Shown one piece after another: positions 1 to 14,855 of a stretch of DNA of 64,000 nt (the stretch's first letter is position 1; each line of letters opens with the position of its first letter). The position numbers were made by a program, and so were the translations under genes. This stretch comes from the human T2T-CHM13v2.0 reference genome, Homo sapiens. The notes beneath the pieces were generated by a model. It had not been told where the DNA came from. It did no database searches and worked only from the letters and a program-made list of their open reading frames with translations. Location of the stretch: NCBI RefSeq assembly GCF_009914755.1, contig NC_060931.1; one strand, given 5' to 3'.

Positions 1-802
1 AGACATTTATGCAGCCAAAAAACACATGAAGAAATGCTCATCATCACTGGCCATCAGAGAAATGCAAATCAAAACCACAATGAGATACCATCTCACACCA
101 GTTAGAATGGCCATCATTAAAAAGTCAGGAAACAACAGGTGCTGGAGAGGATGTGGAGAAATAGGAACACTTTTACACTGTTGCTGGGACTGTAAACTAG
201 TTCAGCCATTGTGGAAGTCAGTGTGGCGATTCCTCAGGGATCTAGAACTAGAAATACCATTTGACCCAGCCATCCCATTACTGGGTATATACCCAAATGA
301 CTATAAATCATGCTGCTATAAAGACACATGCACACGTATGTTTATAGCGGCACTATTCACAATAGCAAAGACTTGGAACCAACCCAAATGTCCAACAATG
401 ATAGACTGGATTAAGAAAATGTGGCACATACACACCATGGAATACTATGCAGCCATAAAAAATGATGAGTTCATGTCCTTTGCAGGGACATGGATGAAAT
501 TGGAAATCATCATTCTCAGTAAACTATCGCAAGAACAAAAAACCAAACACTGCATATTCTCTCTCATAGGTGGGAATTGAACAATGAGATCACATGGACA
601 CAGGAAGGGGAACATCACACTCTGGGGACTGTTGTGGGGTGGGTGGAGTGGGGAGGGATAGCATTGGGAGATATACCTAATGCTAGTTGACGAGTTAGTA
701 GGTGCAGCGCACCAGCGTGGCACATGTATACATATGTAACTAACCTGCACAATGTGCACATGTACCCTAAAACTTAAAGTATAATAATAAAAGAAAAAAA
801 AA
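1..802 (+). mobile_element. L1PA2-like LINE-1 3' end (ORF2 C-terminus, 3'UTR, poly(A)); continues off the left edge
   Basis: ORF 26-580 is the ORF2p C-terminus; 3'UTR has GAG (TGACGAGTTAG) and AACTTAAAGT, so not L1HS. Confidence 0.9.
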
Positions 803-1320
803 GCAAACAATATATTGTATTCTTAAAAAATGCTAAGAGAGTGCATGTAAAATGTTCTCATCATAAAAATGATAACTATGTTAGGTAATGCATATGTTAA
901 TTAGCCAGATTTAGTCGTTCCATAGTGTATGTATATTTCAATTTTTTTTTTTTTTTTGAGACGGTCTTGCTCTGTCACCCAGGCTGGAGTGCAGTGGTGT
1001 GATCTTGGCTCACTGCAACCTCCGACTCCTGGATTCAAGCGATTTTAGTACCTCAGCCTTCTGAGTAGCTGGGATTACAGGTGCCCACCACCACACTTGG
1101 CTAATTTTTGTATTTTTAGTAGAGACGGGGTTTCCCCATGTTGCCCAGGATGGTCTCGAACTCCTGGCCTCAGGTGATTGACCCGCCTCAGCCTCCCAAA
1201 ATGCTGAGATTACATGGGTGAGCCACCACGCCTGGCCATAATGTATGTATATTTCAAAGCAATATGTTGCACACAGTAAATACATCTAATCTAATTTTAT
1301 CTGTCAATTAAAAACATTTT
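803..1320 (+). mobile_element. Old L1MA-type 3'UTR interrupted by an Alu
   Basis: aaatgctaagagagtg...aggtaatgcatatgttaattagc...tgtcaattaaa resembles an L1MA 3' end. Confidence 0.6.
942..1237 (-). mobile_element. AluS
   Basis: Dimeric Alu; ~20-bp TSD ata(g/a)tgtatgtatatttcaa. Confidence 0.9.
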
Positions 1321-1499
1321 AAAATGGTCATACTAATTTCCCAGTAGAAATATATAAATATTTCTGTTTTCTCACTTCTAATTTTCATATGAGCAGATTT
1401 GTTAAGCTTGGGGAGAAATAACATCTAATATGCATATTCTGGATTATTAGCAAGATTGTATCTCATTTATCTCATTATCATTCCCCTCTCTTTTGTCAC

Positions 1500-1960
1500 A
1501 CTAAGCTGTTCCTTCTTCCATGTAATTCATCTCAGTGATGATACCACTATCCTTCCAGATGCTCAGGTCAGAAGTCTGGGGGTTATCTCTGAGTTCCCAT
1601 CCCTCCTCCCCCACATCCACCCTCCAAATCCCTTTGTTTCTTATCCACAACATTATAATGACCTCCTAACTAGTCTCCTCCCTCCAGCCTACTCTCCCTC
1701 CAGTTGATTCTGTTCACTGTAGCAAGAGTATTTGTATTTCTGAAATACAAATCTGATTACGTCACTCCCCACAGCCCCAGCATTCTCCGGTGGCTTCCCA
1801 TTTCTCTTTGGCCATTTCTCTTTGGCATGGTTTACAAGTCTCATCACAAGCTGGCTTCTCTGCCTACAGCCTCATATTTCTCCACTCCCTTCCTCAAAAT
1901 TCTCACTCTGGTTTTGCTGAGTCGTTTTCAGTTTTAGGATGTATCTCTACTTGGAACATT
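1500..1960 (+). mobile_element. L2 fragment
   Basis: catctcagtgatgataccactatccttccagatgctcagg-type L2 motifs. Confidence 0.55.
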
Positions 1961-2109
1961 CTCTTTTCTCCTCTGACTAATTCGTCTTTTTTCTCAGATG
2001 AGGTAGCATTTCTTTCAAATAGACTTTCCTGCTGCTCTAAAACTGTGTTGGTGACTGAGTGTGTGTGTGTGTGTGTGATTGTGTAGTGAGGGACAGGGTA
2101 GCCTGCAGG

Positions 2110-2355
2110 TAAAGTCTGTGGTTAGACTGAGTATAAAGAGTGCCTAGGTTAGAATCATGGCTCTGCTATTTCTCAACCATGGCACTTTGGGCAAATTCAT
2201 TTCTTCACGACTCAAATTTTCTTACCTGTGAAATGGCAATAATAATAGTACCCACCTCCCAGAAATTGTTGTAAGAATCAAATAAATTAATACACATGTA
2301 ATATGCTTGGGACAGTGATGGTCACAGAGTAAGTGCTCATTGAATTCTAGCTGTA
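2110..2355 (+). mobile_element. MIR
   Basis: MIR core ctgtgaaatggcaataataatagtacc; preceded by (TG)n at ~2057-2077. Confidence 0.65.
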
Positions 2356-2370
2356 TAAAAATGATATTCC

Positions 2371-2668
<298 letters not shown>

Positions 2669-2890
2669 CTCTTTCCTTTTTTGTTATAATTATTTACTTG
2701 TGTATATTCTGCACTTTAGGCTCTTGTAGGGTAGAGATTATAAGTGTTTTGTCATTGTACCCTTCAAGGCTAGTGCAGAGCCTGTTCCATAGTAAAAATT
2801 CAATCAGAATTTACAGATTGATTGAAGGAATGTGGGAGGAAGATATCCTTGAAGCCAGTCTAACTGAAAAAAAAAGTGTTCTTCTCTAGC

Positions 2891-3206
<316 letters not shown>

Positions 3207-3787
3207 TAATTCAAGTAATGTTAATTGCTCTTGTTTCTGGGTTCTTAGCCAGTTTCTCTTAATCAAGCATCATATGATCAGCACATCATAGATTCTTTCC
3301 AGATCTTGCTTGTTCACTAGGTTTACCTAACTCTTTTTCTTAATACTTTGCTAGTGGAATAATGACCTCAGGCCTGCACAGTGGATCTTAGCTTCTTCCC
3401 GCTCATAGGACTTCTAGAAGCCCCTCAGCAGCAGCATTGATTGAAGAATCAGAGCAATGGGACCGAGTTTTCAGAGAAGAAGGGAAACGTGTAACAGGCT
3501 GTGAGAATGTTCTAAGCAAAATCTTGGCGCCAGGAATGTATTTAAAATGTTTTTATTATAGAGAATTTCAAACATATATACAAGTGGAGGAATAATGTGA
3601 AGAATCCCTACTTACTCATTACCCACTTTCAGGTGACATCAACCCATTCCCTGTCTTGTTTCACGTGATTATTATTTTGAAGCAAGTCCTAAAAACATCA
3701 TGGAAACATACAATAGTATGATTTCATTAGCACATATTTCAATGTACCTGTCTAAATGATTTGGACTTTTTTCTTCATTTAAAACAA

Positions 3788-4380
3788 AACCAGGAAACAT
3801 CAGGATGTCTTCTAGTAGGTGAATGGATAAATAAACTGTGGTATATGCAGACAATGGAATATTACTCAGCACTGAAAAGAAATGAGTTATCAAGCCATGA
3901 AAAGACCTGGAAAAAGCTTAAGTGCATATTACCGAGTGAAAGAAGCTAATCTGAAAAGGCCACATACTGTATAATTCCAACTATATGACATTCTGCAAAA
4001 GGCAAAACTATGGAGACAGTCAAAAGATGAGTGGTTGCCAGGGGCTGCAGGGAGGGAGGGATGAATAGTTGGAGTAAAAATTATTTTTAGGTCAGTGAAA
4101 CTCCTCTCTGTGATACTACAATGGTGAATACATTTTTCTAAACCTCACACAATGAACAACACCAAGAGTGAACCCTAATGCAAACTCTGGACTCTGGGTG
4201 ATAATAATGTGTCCATGCAGCTTCATCAGTTGTAACAAATGTCCCAGGCTGGTGGGGGGTGTTAATAATGGGGGAGGCTGTGCACTGGGGGACTGGGGAC
4301 ATGTGACAACTCTTTATACTTTCTGCTCAATTTTGCTGTGAACCTAAAGCTGCTCTAAAATATAAAGTGTATTTTTAAAA
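3788..4380 (+). mobile_element. L1MC-type 3' end
   Basis: gtaggtgaatggataaataaactgtgg...aaaggcaaaactatggagacag...ttttgctgtgaacctaaa. Confidence 0.75.
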
Positions 4381-5202
4381 GTACAAGTATTATTTTGAAA
4401 AAAACAAAAGTAAAGACAAAAACCCCCAGCTTATTCGGGACCTTGTAATGAAGTGCTGATGAGTGACATTATCATGGTACTTTGGCCTAAGGACTCATGA
4501 ATATAAAGATCTGGGCTGACGTGGCCTACTCCCAAACCTGAACTCAAATCTTGGAACTTACAATTTGGACAGAGCAGAAAGTCACCTTCCAATACCAAAG
4601 GGAAAGGATCCAGACAAAGATGTTGATGTCATAGAGGTCATTGGAAAATACATCCCCATCGGTATCCAGAAATCCTAGCATTTAGATCACTTGGGCAGGA
4701 GGCAGTGTCTGAGAGATTAACACAGCCTAGCATAGCCAATGGACCACGTAGAAGAACTCTCGTTTAAGGGGGCACAATACTATTTGTAAATTACAGGCAC
4801 ACATGCTTGTGTTAGACTGGCTGCTTCTCTCAGCTTGGTCTTTGGTTGTTTACCTATCTCATGACTAGAGTGAATTTTGCAATCCTGGGAGAGGCATGTT
4901 TTCTCTTGGCTCCCAGGAGCAGCATTTTTTTTTTTTTTTAAAAGGTCTTTGGAGTCAGACAGAACTATGTGTGAATCCTATCTTTCCTACCAATGACGCT
5001 TAGATATTCTTCCTTATTAATAAAACAGGTTGGTCACAGCTACTTAGCAAAGCAATTGTAAAATTAATAAGCATGATATGTGAACTACCTGGTGTGTGTT
5101 TGCCATTAGTCATTCCTTTCAGTTTAAAGTTGAACCTGCCCTCCTAGGAGTTACCAGAAACTTAGTATCTCTGGACTTGGTCAACAGAAATTTCATAAAT
5201 TA

Positions 5203-5769
<567 letters not shown>

Positions 5770-6419
5770 AGAAATTCCATAAATTAAACTCTGTTTCTGG
5801 CATTTATTACCAGTAGATCAGACTCCTGAGTAGACTCTTTTTAAAAAAGTTCTCCATATTTCTTAATTTCTGAATCCAAAAGTTTTCTCAAAGTTTTTTC
5901 CACAATTCTGCCCTGGGTGACAGGGAGTTCTTGTCCTCAGATACACACCAGAATGTTAGAAATTCTTAGTTAACGGAAACATCCTGCCTTTGAGCAGTCT
6001 AATGATAGGATTAGCATTCTGAGAATTCCACATTTGTATTTCATCATATCCTCCCTAACCCATTTTGAGTTCTTAATCGAGCCATAATGATTTGGAGAGA
6101 ATGTATTATTTTCCAATAGCACCATGCGGAATCAGAGTTCCCAGGATGAAAGACAGGTTTGAAAGAGAGCTTGGAAACCCTCGAGGAACACTCATTTGCT
6201 TCCCAAATTGGACTGCAGTAAGCTTTCCCAGTGACAAGACTGACACTTCATTGGGTCTTTCTAGTATCTCTTTAGTCTCCGTGGCTTTACTCTCCCATTT
6301 CCAAAGTGATAGATAACAGTGTCAGTGGTCAGTATCCTCTGAATGGAGGCCGAATAACTTCATGTGATTTATTCATAATAATAGCATCATAATACGTACC
6401 CTAGAGGGTTAGGGAGTCA

Positions 6420-7470
6420 GGAGAGTGTTATGGTTAAACACAAGAGTTTCAAAGCCAGACTGTGGGTTTGAAGCCCAGCTCCACTATTTACTACCCATGT
6501 GACTTTGGACACATCACTTAATCCTTTTAAGCTTGACTTTCGTCATCTGTAAAATGGCGGTAATAATAGCACCTATTTTGTAGTGCTATTAAAATATTAA
6601 ATGAGATAACCTCTGGTATTTAAGTGCTCTATAAAAATCTTTTTATGATTGTTCTTAAAAGTCTTAACAGAGATGAAAGATGAAAGTATTAAAGTGTGAA
6701 AGCCGCAGCACAGTAGGTGCTTACTAAATGCCAGAAGTTGATGATTGATTATTTTCTCTTTCTTTAACCCTTCCTTCTCCATCAAATGAGCAGTAAAAAT
6801 GAAACACAAATGGCAAAGTAGTTAAAGTCCTTGACTCTGGACGCAGATTATTTGGGTTCAAACCTAAATCTGATGTTTACCAGCTATGTAATCTTAGGTA
6901 AGTTAATTAATTTCTCTGTGGCTCAGTTTCCTCATCTGTAAAGGAAGGATACTGATAGAACCTACCTCATAGGATTATTCTCAGGATTAAATGGGTTAAT
7001 ATTAGTAAAGTATTTAGTAACAGCCTCAACACACAGTTAGTGCTATATACATATGTAGTAAATACAAGATATTTAATTTGTAAATTTTTAGTACCGAATT
7101 CCGGGTGTGTATGTCCTCATTATGTAAATATATTACTATATGGTGAGCATAGACATCTTGAGGTTGCATAAACCATGGATTAATTGTATTGTAACAAATA
7201 GAGTTTGAAAGTTTAAGGAAGAGAAATATGAAAACCAAATTTATGTAGTTATAATAATAACTAACATTTATTCATTACTTGTTACAGATCAGTTAATGAT
7301 TCAAATACTTGACGTAAATTATCTCATTTAATTACACCATAAGCCTTTGAGGTAGGAGCTATTATTATCCTTATTTTATAGATGAGGAAAATGAGGCGCA
7401 GAGAGACCATGTAACTTGCCTGAGGTCACAGAGTAGAGCCAAGGTTTAAACTCTGAGCCTGACCTCATTG
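6420..7470. mobile_element. Cluster of three MIRs (two +, one -)
   Basis: Repeated MIR cores catctgtaaaatgg, ctcagtttcctcatctgtaaa and ttttatagatgaggaaa. Confidence 0.7.
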
Positions 7471-7749
7471 CCTTGGCATGTCCTCATCATGCTCCATGGC
7501 CTTTTTGATATGGGAAAAATGTGCTCTGCAGGTCACGGGCTTAGTCCAGTGCCCTGGACACTTTTTGAGTCATCAACCCCTTTGAGATGGGGTGGACCCT
7601 CCTCAGAAAAAAATGCACACACTTAGGTTAGTGTTTATCTTCTACATAGTCTAATGCTAGTTCAAAAATTCCAGTAGCATAAAATCAAGTTTTTTTTCCC
7701 CCAAAATATATTGCACCGTTTATTCCAACGTGTTTAAAAGCACAAAAAT

Positions 7750-7997
<248 letters not shown>

Positions 7998-8368
7998 CTA
8001 ATTACACAAAAATAAACAGATTAAGGAATAAATTTGGATATACTGAAGGCTGGCTCAATGAAAAATAAGGTCATTAATTCAGACACAACACTGAGCTGGT
8101 GGTGTGGTTTCTCTGACAATTACATTAATGGTTAAACTTCCAAAGGCAGATAGGCAACAGATACTACAGAAGTTTTAGGATGTTTTTCTTGGGGAGTCAT
8201 GGAGCAGCTATGCTTCACCACAGTTGCTGGAACACTTGTGTTGGCCAGAGTCCTGGGACTTTCCCTTGCTTTCCAAACAGGGAGAGTTTGACACTGCACC
8301 TACACTTGCTTAGGATCTGGCGTTCATCTATTGAAGCCACAGATTCCTTCGATTTTATCTTAAGCAAC

Positions 8369-8735
8369 TGTATTAGTCTGTTTTCACACTGCTGATAAAG
8401 ACATATCTGAGACTGGGCAATTTACAAAAGAAAGAGGTTTATTGGAGTTACAGTTCCATGTGGCTGGGGAGGCCTCACAATCATGGCTGAAGGCAAGGAG
8501 GAGCAAGTCACATCTTACGTGGATGGCAGCAGGCAAAGAGAGCTTGTGCAGAGAAACACCCATTTTTAAAACCATCAGATCTCGTGAGACCCATTCAGTA
8601 TCACAAGAACAGCAGAGGAAAGACCCGCCTCCATAATTCAATCACCTCCCACCGGGTTGCTCCTAGGACATGTGGGAATTGTCGGAGTTACAATTCAAGA
8701 TGAGATTTGGGCAGGGACACAGCAAAACCATATCA
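8369..8735 (-). mobile_element. THE1B-like MaLR solo LTR
   Basis: TG...CA termini (tgtattagtctg...aaccatatca); 5-bp flanks GCAAC/GCATC. Confidence 0.85.
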
Positions 8736-9121
8736 GCATCCATAGGCAACATTTACTGTTTTGATCACCTATTACACATTTGCTTTTTTTTCTGGATTAG
8801 GGCACCCTGAATTTCCTTTGGAAAACCATTTCTCCAGGACTCCATTCCTGTGGATTGTGGATTGGGTGGGGGCTCCCTTCTTTCTCCAGAGGCAGCACAT
8901 GTGACCAAGGCCAGATTAATCAGGAGCAGGCCAGTGACCCAAACTGATCCAATCAATATGAATCCAGGGACTTACACCTGAGACACTGAGATTCTTCTTT
9001 GCTGGAATACAACCTGGGAGGATGAGAGCCGAGGAAGCTGCCGACTGAATGATAGTTGGAAAGAAACTGAGTCCTAACGACATCATTTGGGCTCCTGGAT
9101 CAAGTCAGGCCTGAAAATCAT

Positions 9122-9508
9122 TGATATGGTTTGGCTCTGTGTCCCCACTCAAATGTCATGTTGAATTGTAATCCCCATTGTTGGGGTAGGGACCTGGTGG
9201 GAGGTGATTAGATCACGGGGGTGAATTTCTTCCTTGCTGTTCTCATGATAGTGAGTGAGTTCTCATGAGATTTGATGGCTTAAAAGTGTGTAGCATCTCC
9301 TCTTTGCACTCTCTCTCTCTCTTGCTCCACCATGATAAGACGTGCTTGCTTCCCCTTCACCTTCTGCCATGATCGTAAGTTTCCTGAGGCCTCCCAAGCC
9401 ATGCTTCCTGTACAGCCTGTGGAACTGTGAGTCAATTAAGCCTCTTTTCTTTATAAATTACCCAGTCTCAGGTAGTTCTTTATAGCAGTGTGAGAACAGA
9501 TTAATACA
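9122..9508 (+). mobile_element. MSTA-like MaLR solo LTR nested in an older MLT1-like LTR (~8765-9610)
   Basis: tgatatggtttggctctgtgtcccc...gaacagattaataca. Confidence 0.8.
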
Positions 9509-10078
9509 ATCCCCGAGACTTTTCAATAACAAGCCCAAACCTTTTGCCTACAACAATTTGAGGTGAGTTTCTGTCACTTGCAACAAGAAGAGTCTTAACT
9601 AATGTTGCGTCTGACAATTGGACTATTGACCTTTGTATTATGCATGGTAGCTTGTGCCTCATTTATAAAGATGTATTTTTCTTTTAAAAACTTGTTTATG
9701 TCTTCTTTAAAAAATATAATAAACCTTTGTGATTTTTGAGAACTTTCAGAGATCTTCATGCATCCCTAATTATTAGTTACCCTTGTAGCATACATTATTT
9801 CCTAAATCAGCAATATCCACATGAGATAGCAACAAGTCAAAGACAAAAATGTTGCAGTGGGATTTCGATGCTCAGGTCAGGCACCAGAGACTTGGGGCAC
9901 AGGATTCTCAAAATTAACGTTTTAGCAATTTTTTTATTGCTACATGATGTGGACTTCAGAATAAAGAGTAGACTAACTCTTCAATCTAAATCCTCAATAC
10001 TAGACATTATATTTCCTTACTGTGTTAATTTGTCCTACTGCAATTTATTTCCTTTCCCTGTCATTTCATCAAGTCAGG

Positions 10079-10425
10079 ATTCCCTCCCTCCCTCCCTCTC
10101 TCCCTCCCTCCCTCCCTTCCTTCCTTCCTTCCTTCCTTCCTGAGACAGAGTCTTGCTCTGTCACCCAGGCTGGAGTGCAGTGGCATGATCTCAGCTCACT
10201 GCAAACTCTGCCTCCCGGGCTCAAGTGATTCTTTCATCTCAGCTTCTTGAGTAGCTGGGACTACGATGTGAGCCACCACACCCAGCTACTTTTTGTATTT
10301 TTTTGGCAGAGACAAGGTTTCGCCATGTTACTCAGGCTGGCCTCAAACTCCTGGGCTCAAGCAACCCATCCGTCTTGGCCTCTCAAAGTGTTGGGATTAT
10401 AGCATGAGCCACCACACCCAGCCTG
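10079..10425 (-). mobile_element. AluJ with tail converted to a (TCCC)/(TTCC)n microsatellite
   Basis: Pyrimidine repeat 10079-10140 abuts tgagacagagtcttgc. Confidence 0.85.
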
Positions 10426-10923
10426 GAATTTTCTTTCAAAAGCCTTCATATCTAATATCCATGCTCCTTGAGTTAGTCTGTAGCCTAACTGTATTTGGTA
10501 GCCACTAAAGCAAAATGAAAATATTGGAAATGTTCTAGCTTCTTGTTTAATTTAAAATAAAATTTAATCTTTCCCTAAAGTCCACAGTTTATTGACCTTT
10601 ACATTTTAGATTTTTTGTACTTGTTGATACAGTAAAAGCAGAGACATTTAAATGAGTTTTAATTTAAGAGAAGCTGGTATTTGAGAAGTAAGATTTATGA
10701 AATGTCTATTTGAGGAGTGATTATTTGCATGTAAAATTATTTTTCACTTTAAACCAAGCTTTCTTTATATTTCCTATTAATATTCACCCTAGTGAGTTAA
10801 CTATTTGACTTAATGTATAAAGTTTTACTTAAAATTCTAGAATTTCAGAGCAAGAATGGTACTTGAAGATACTTTTACATTTGAGGAAGTCAAGGAAAGA
10901 GGCAAGTAAAATATTTTATTCTG

Positions 10924-11223
10924 GCTGGGCACAGTGGCTCACATCTGTAATCTCAGTACTTTGGGAGGCTGAGGTGGGTGGATCACTTGAGGTCAGGAGT
11001 TTGAGACCAGCCTGGCTAACATGGCAAAACCCTGTCTGTACTAAAAATACAAAAATTAGCTGGGTGTGATAGCACATGCCTGTAATCTCAGCTACTCAGG
11101 AGGCTGAGGCAGGAGAATCCCTTGATCCCAGGAAGGGGAGGTTGCAGTGAGCTGAGACTGTGCTATTGCACTCCAGCCTGGGTGATAGAGGAAAAATCTG
11201 TCTCATATATATATATATATATA
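10924..11223 (+). mobile_element. AluS with (TA)n tail
   Basis: Dimeric Alu followed by atatatat. Confidence 0.88.
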
Positions 11224-11994
11224 ATCTGCCTGTCACCGGTGTCTGCTCATGCCTCCATATAGGGGCAGAATATTACCCCACCCCATTTTCAGACTTGGCC
11301 ATATCACTTGCTTGGGCCAATGGAAGAGACAGTAAGTATGCCAATTCTGAGCCAAAGCTGAGTTGAGTTGAATTCCGCCTTTTCCTCAATCACTCCACAT
11401 CAGTACTTCTAAATCAGGAATTTCATCTGGCATTTGGTCATTGGTGGTGGCAAAAGTTGACTCACAAGTCCAGTTCTGTGGCACTGAAGCTGAGCCTTGA
11501 GACTGTTGCTCCAGCTTTCCAAATGATTCTGTGAGCTATTAATACTTTTTAATAAATCCCTTTTCTGCTTAAACTAACTGATGAGGATTCTTTTTTTTTT
11601 CACTTAAGACATATCCTCTCTACTCCATAGACACATTTTCAGAAACACTTTTTTTGTGATGAGTTCAACTGCATGCTTTCTGAAGAAATGAGAAATAGGT
11701 ATATTTAGCATGCTTTCTGAAAATATGGGAAATAGGTCTATTTAGCATTTAGTATTAAACATATGGTGTGTTTAATACTTTATATGATTTCCAACCCCCG
11801 TCCCCCCAGTAATCATGTTGGTGTAGATTAAAAAGGTATTTTACTCAGGATAGTTGAGGCTGTGAAGGACCAAGAATGCTCACACTCTTCTATAGGAATG
11901 GAAATTGCTATACACTTTTTTTGGTATGAAATTTATTAGTTCAGTTTTAAACAGCCTTAGTATTCTGCATATCATTTATTTCATCCATAATTTT

Positions 11995-12662
11995 TTTTTG
12001 CTTCATAGAAAGAGTTTAATAATCACAGGGCTGGCCAAGTGGAAGGATGGGAGTTAATTCTCAAATCTGTCTCCCAGATAATTTGAAAGCTAGGGTTTCT
12101 TAGGGATAGTTTGATAGACAGGGCACTAGGGAATGGAGACTGCTGATTGGTTGGGCTGGGGATGAAATCATAGGGCTGTCAAAACTGACTTTGTGTGGTA
12201 AGTCAGTTCCTGGGTGAGGGTCATCAGTCTGGGAGATGTTATTCTACTAGAATGCAAAGTCTGAAAAATATCTCAAACCCCAGTCTTAGGTTTTACAATA
12301 GGAATGTTGTCTGTAGGGGTGATTAGAGAACTTACAAATTTTGTGCTCACCCCATGTGCCTCCTGAGCAGTAAACAATGACTAGTTATCATTTATGCCTG
12401 GGTCTTAGCAGAATTCAGGCCCCTCCCATAATTCTAACCTTGTGGGCTGTCATGAGTTTTACAAAGGCAATTCTATCCTTGAACAAGGAGGGGCTATTAT
12501 CATCCTTGCTTTAAGGTTAAACTATAAATTAATTCCTCCCATAGTTAGCTTAGCATATGCCCAGGAAAGAGCAAAGACAGTTGGTTTGAGAGGTTAGAAG
12601 CAAGAGTGAGTTAGGTATGTCAGATTTCTCTCACTGCCATAATTTTTGTAAAGACAATTTCC
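11995..12662 (-). mobile_element. LTR8A/B-like ERV1 LTR
   Basis: Minus strand begins GAAATTGTCTTTACAAAAATTATGGCAGTGAGAGAAATCTGACATA, like LTR8-family 5' ends; a purine tract precedes it. Confidence 0.7.
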
Positions 12663-12851
12663 ATCCCCAATTTGAGCTTGACCGTACTTCATTCTTGAGT
12701 TGTGAGCTACAGAGATGGGAAAAGGCTAACGATTGCTTTAACTTCTTGCTGACAGGGGGGTGTAGTGGGGGTAAAAGTTGGCTTATTGGTAAGAGGAATA
12801 AAACCATTTTGCTATTGTCTGCATGTATTCATGGGTGTCTTGTGGGGATCT

Positions 12852-13409
12852 CGTATTAGTCAGGGTTCTCCAGAGGGGTGGAGCTAATGGATATATGTAT
12901 ATATGAAAGGGAGTTTATTAAGGAGAATTGACACACAGGATCACATGGTGAAGTCCCACGATAGGCCATCTGCAAGCTGAGGAGCAAGGAAGCCAGTAGT
13001 GTCTCAGTCCCAGTCCCAAAACCTCAAAAATAGGGAAGCCGACAGTGCAGCCTTCAGTCTGTGGCTGAAGGCCCAAGAACCCTTGGCAGACCACTGGTGT
13101 AAGTCCAAGAATCCAAAAACTGAAGAACCTGGAGTGTGATGTTTGAGGGCAGGAAGCATCCAGCACAGTAGAAAGATGAAAGCCAGGAGACTCAGAAAGC
13201 CAGTGTATCCCACCTTCTTCTGCCTGCTTTTTCTAGCTGTGTTGGCAGCCCATTGGATGGTTCCCACCCACCTTGAGGGTAGATCTGCCTCTCCCAGTCC
13301 ACAGACTCAAATGTTAATCTCCTCTGGCAACACCCTCACAGACACACCCAGAAATAATACTTTGTATCCTTCAATCCAATCAAGTTGACATTTAATATTA
13401 ACCATCACA
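12852..13409 (-). mobile_element. MLT2A2-like HERV-L solo LTR
   Basis: gtattagtcagggttctc...gagcaaggaagcc...caatccaatcaagttgaca...taaccatcaca. Confidence 0.85.
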
Positions 13410-13615
13410 GGTCCCAAGGCTTGCATGACAAAGATACTAGTACTCTCATCTACAGTTTTAGCACAGCACTAAAATGAACAGCAGACTGTAAGATAAGGAG
13501 TCCTAGCATAAGAACTGAAAGCCCTGGCTTCAGAAGCCCCTGTGGAACAGATCTGAAGTCTTCATCCATCAATTCTATAATGAAACTTTTTTAAGGACAA
13601 ATCAGGGATGTATGA

Positions 13616-13975
<360 letters not shown>

Positions 13976-14014
13976 TGATAATAATATTTGTAATAAAAAC
14001 TTGGCACTTAATAT

Positions 14015-14250
14015 TCCAAGAACTGTAGGACAATTACAAAAGATGTAACATATGCAAAATGGGACTTCCAGAAGGAGAGGAGAGAAAGGAATAAAAAAAT
14101 TATTTGAAGTCATAATGACTGAGAACTTTCCAAAACATCAAATCATAGATCTAGGAAGCTCAGAGAACACCAAACAGTATAAATATAAAAATATCTACAT
14201 GTAGCCATATCGTATTCAAACTGCAGAAAATCAAAGACAGAGAAAAGACT
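14015..14250 (+). mobile_element. Old L1M ORF1-region fragment
   Basis: ccagaaggagaggagaga...atttgaagtcataatgactgagaactttcca...gctcagagaacacca. Confidence 0.6.
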
Positions 14251-14442
14251 TCAGATAGACTCATCATCATCATCCTTCAACAGTCACTGCATGTGATGTT
14301 GGATGATTTCCTCTTGGGGTTGGTTGGTCAACCATAATGGATATCATAGCCACAATCTTACCATGCCTTCTTCATCTCTGACTCTAAGGAGTCACCTTCC
14401 TTTCCACTGTTGCCTGGTTCTGTAGTCTGTAACAGATTCATA

Positions 14443-14509
14443 AGCTTTGTGCAGTGGCAGTAAGGTAGCCAATGAGGTTTATTTGAGGCGCAATTATTGC
14501 TAATTGAAA
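14443..14509 (+). pseudogene. U4 snRNA retropseudogene, 3'-truncated (about nt 1-67)
   Basis: AGCTTTGTGCAGTGGCAGTAAGGTAGCCAATGAGGTTTATTTGAGGCGCAATTATTGCTAATTGAAA matches the U4 5' half; TSD AACAGATTC(A/G)TA at 14431-14442 and 14508-14519. Confidence 0.92.
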
Positions 14510-14714
14510 CAGATTCGTAGTGCACAGAGAGTGGGATTTGTAGTTAACTACATCTAGATTTTTAAATCCCCACCCCACTGTTTACCAGTTGGATAAACTT
14601 GGGCAAACCACTCTCTGAGTGACTCTCTTCATCTGATTAAATGAAGATATTAGCAGTTCATAGGACTGTTGTGACAAAGCAGGTCACCAACAAATGGGAG
14701 CTGGATGCTCATAG

Positions 14715-14855
<141 letters not shown>

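Noticed and set aside
26-580. 184-aa ORF
   Set aside because: C-terminus of L1 ORF2p cut by the window edge; intactness upstream cannot be judged.
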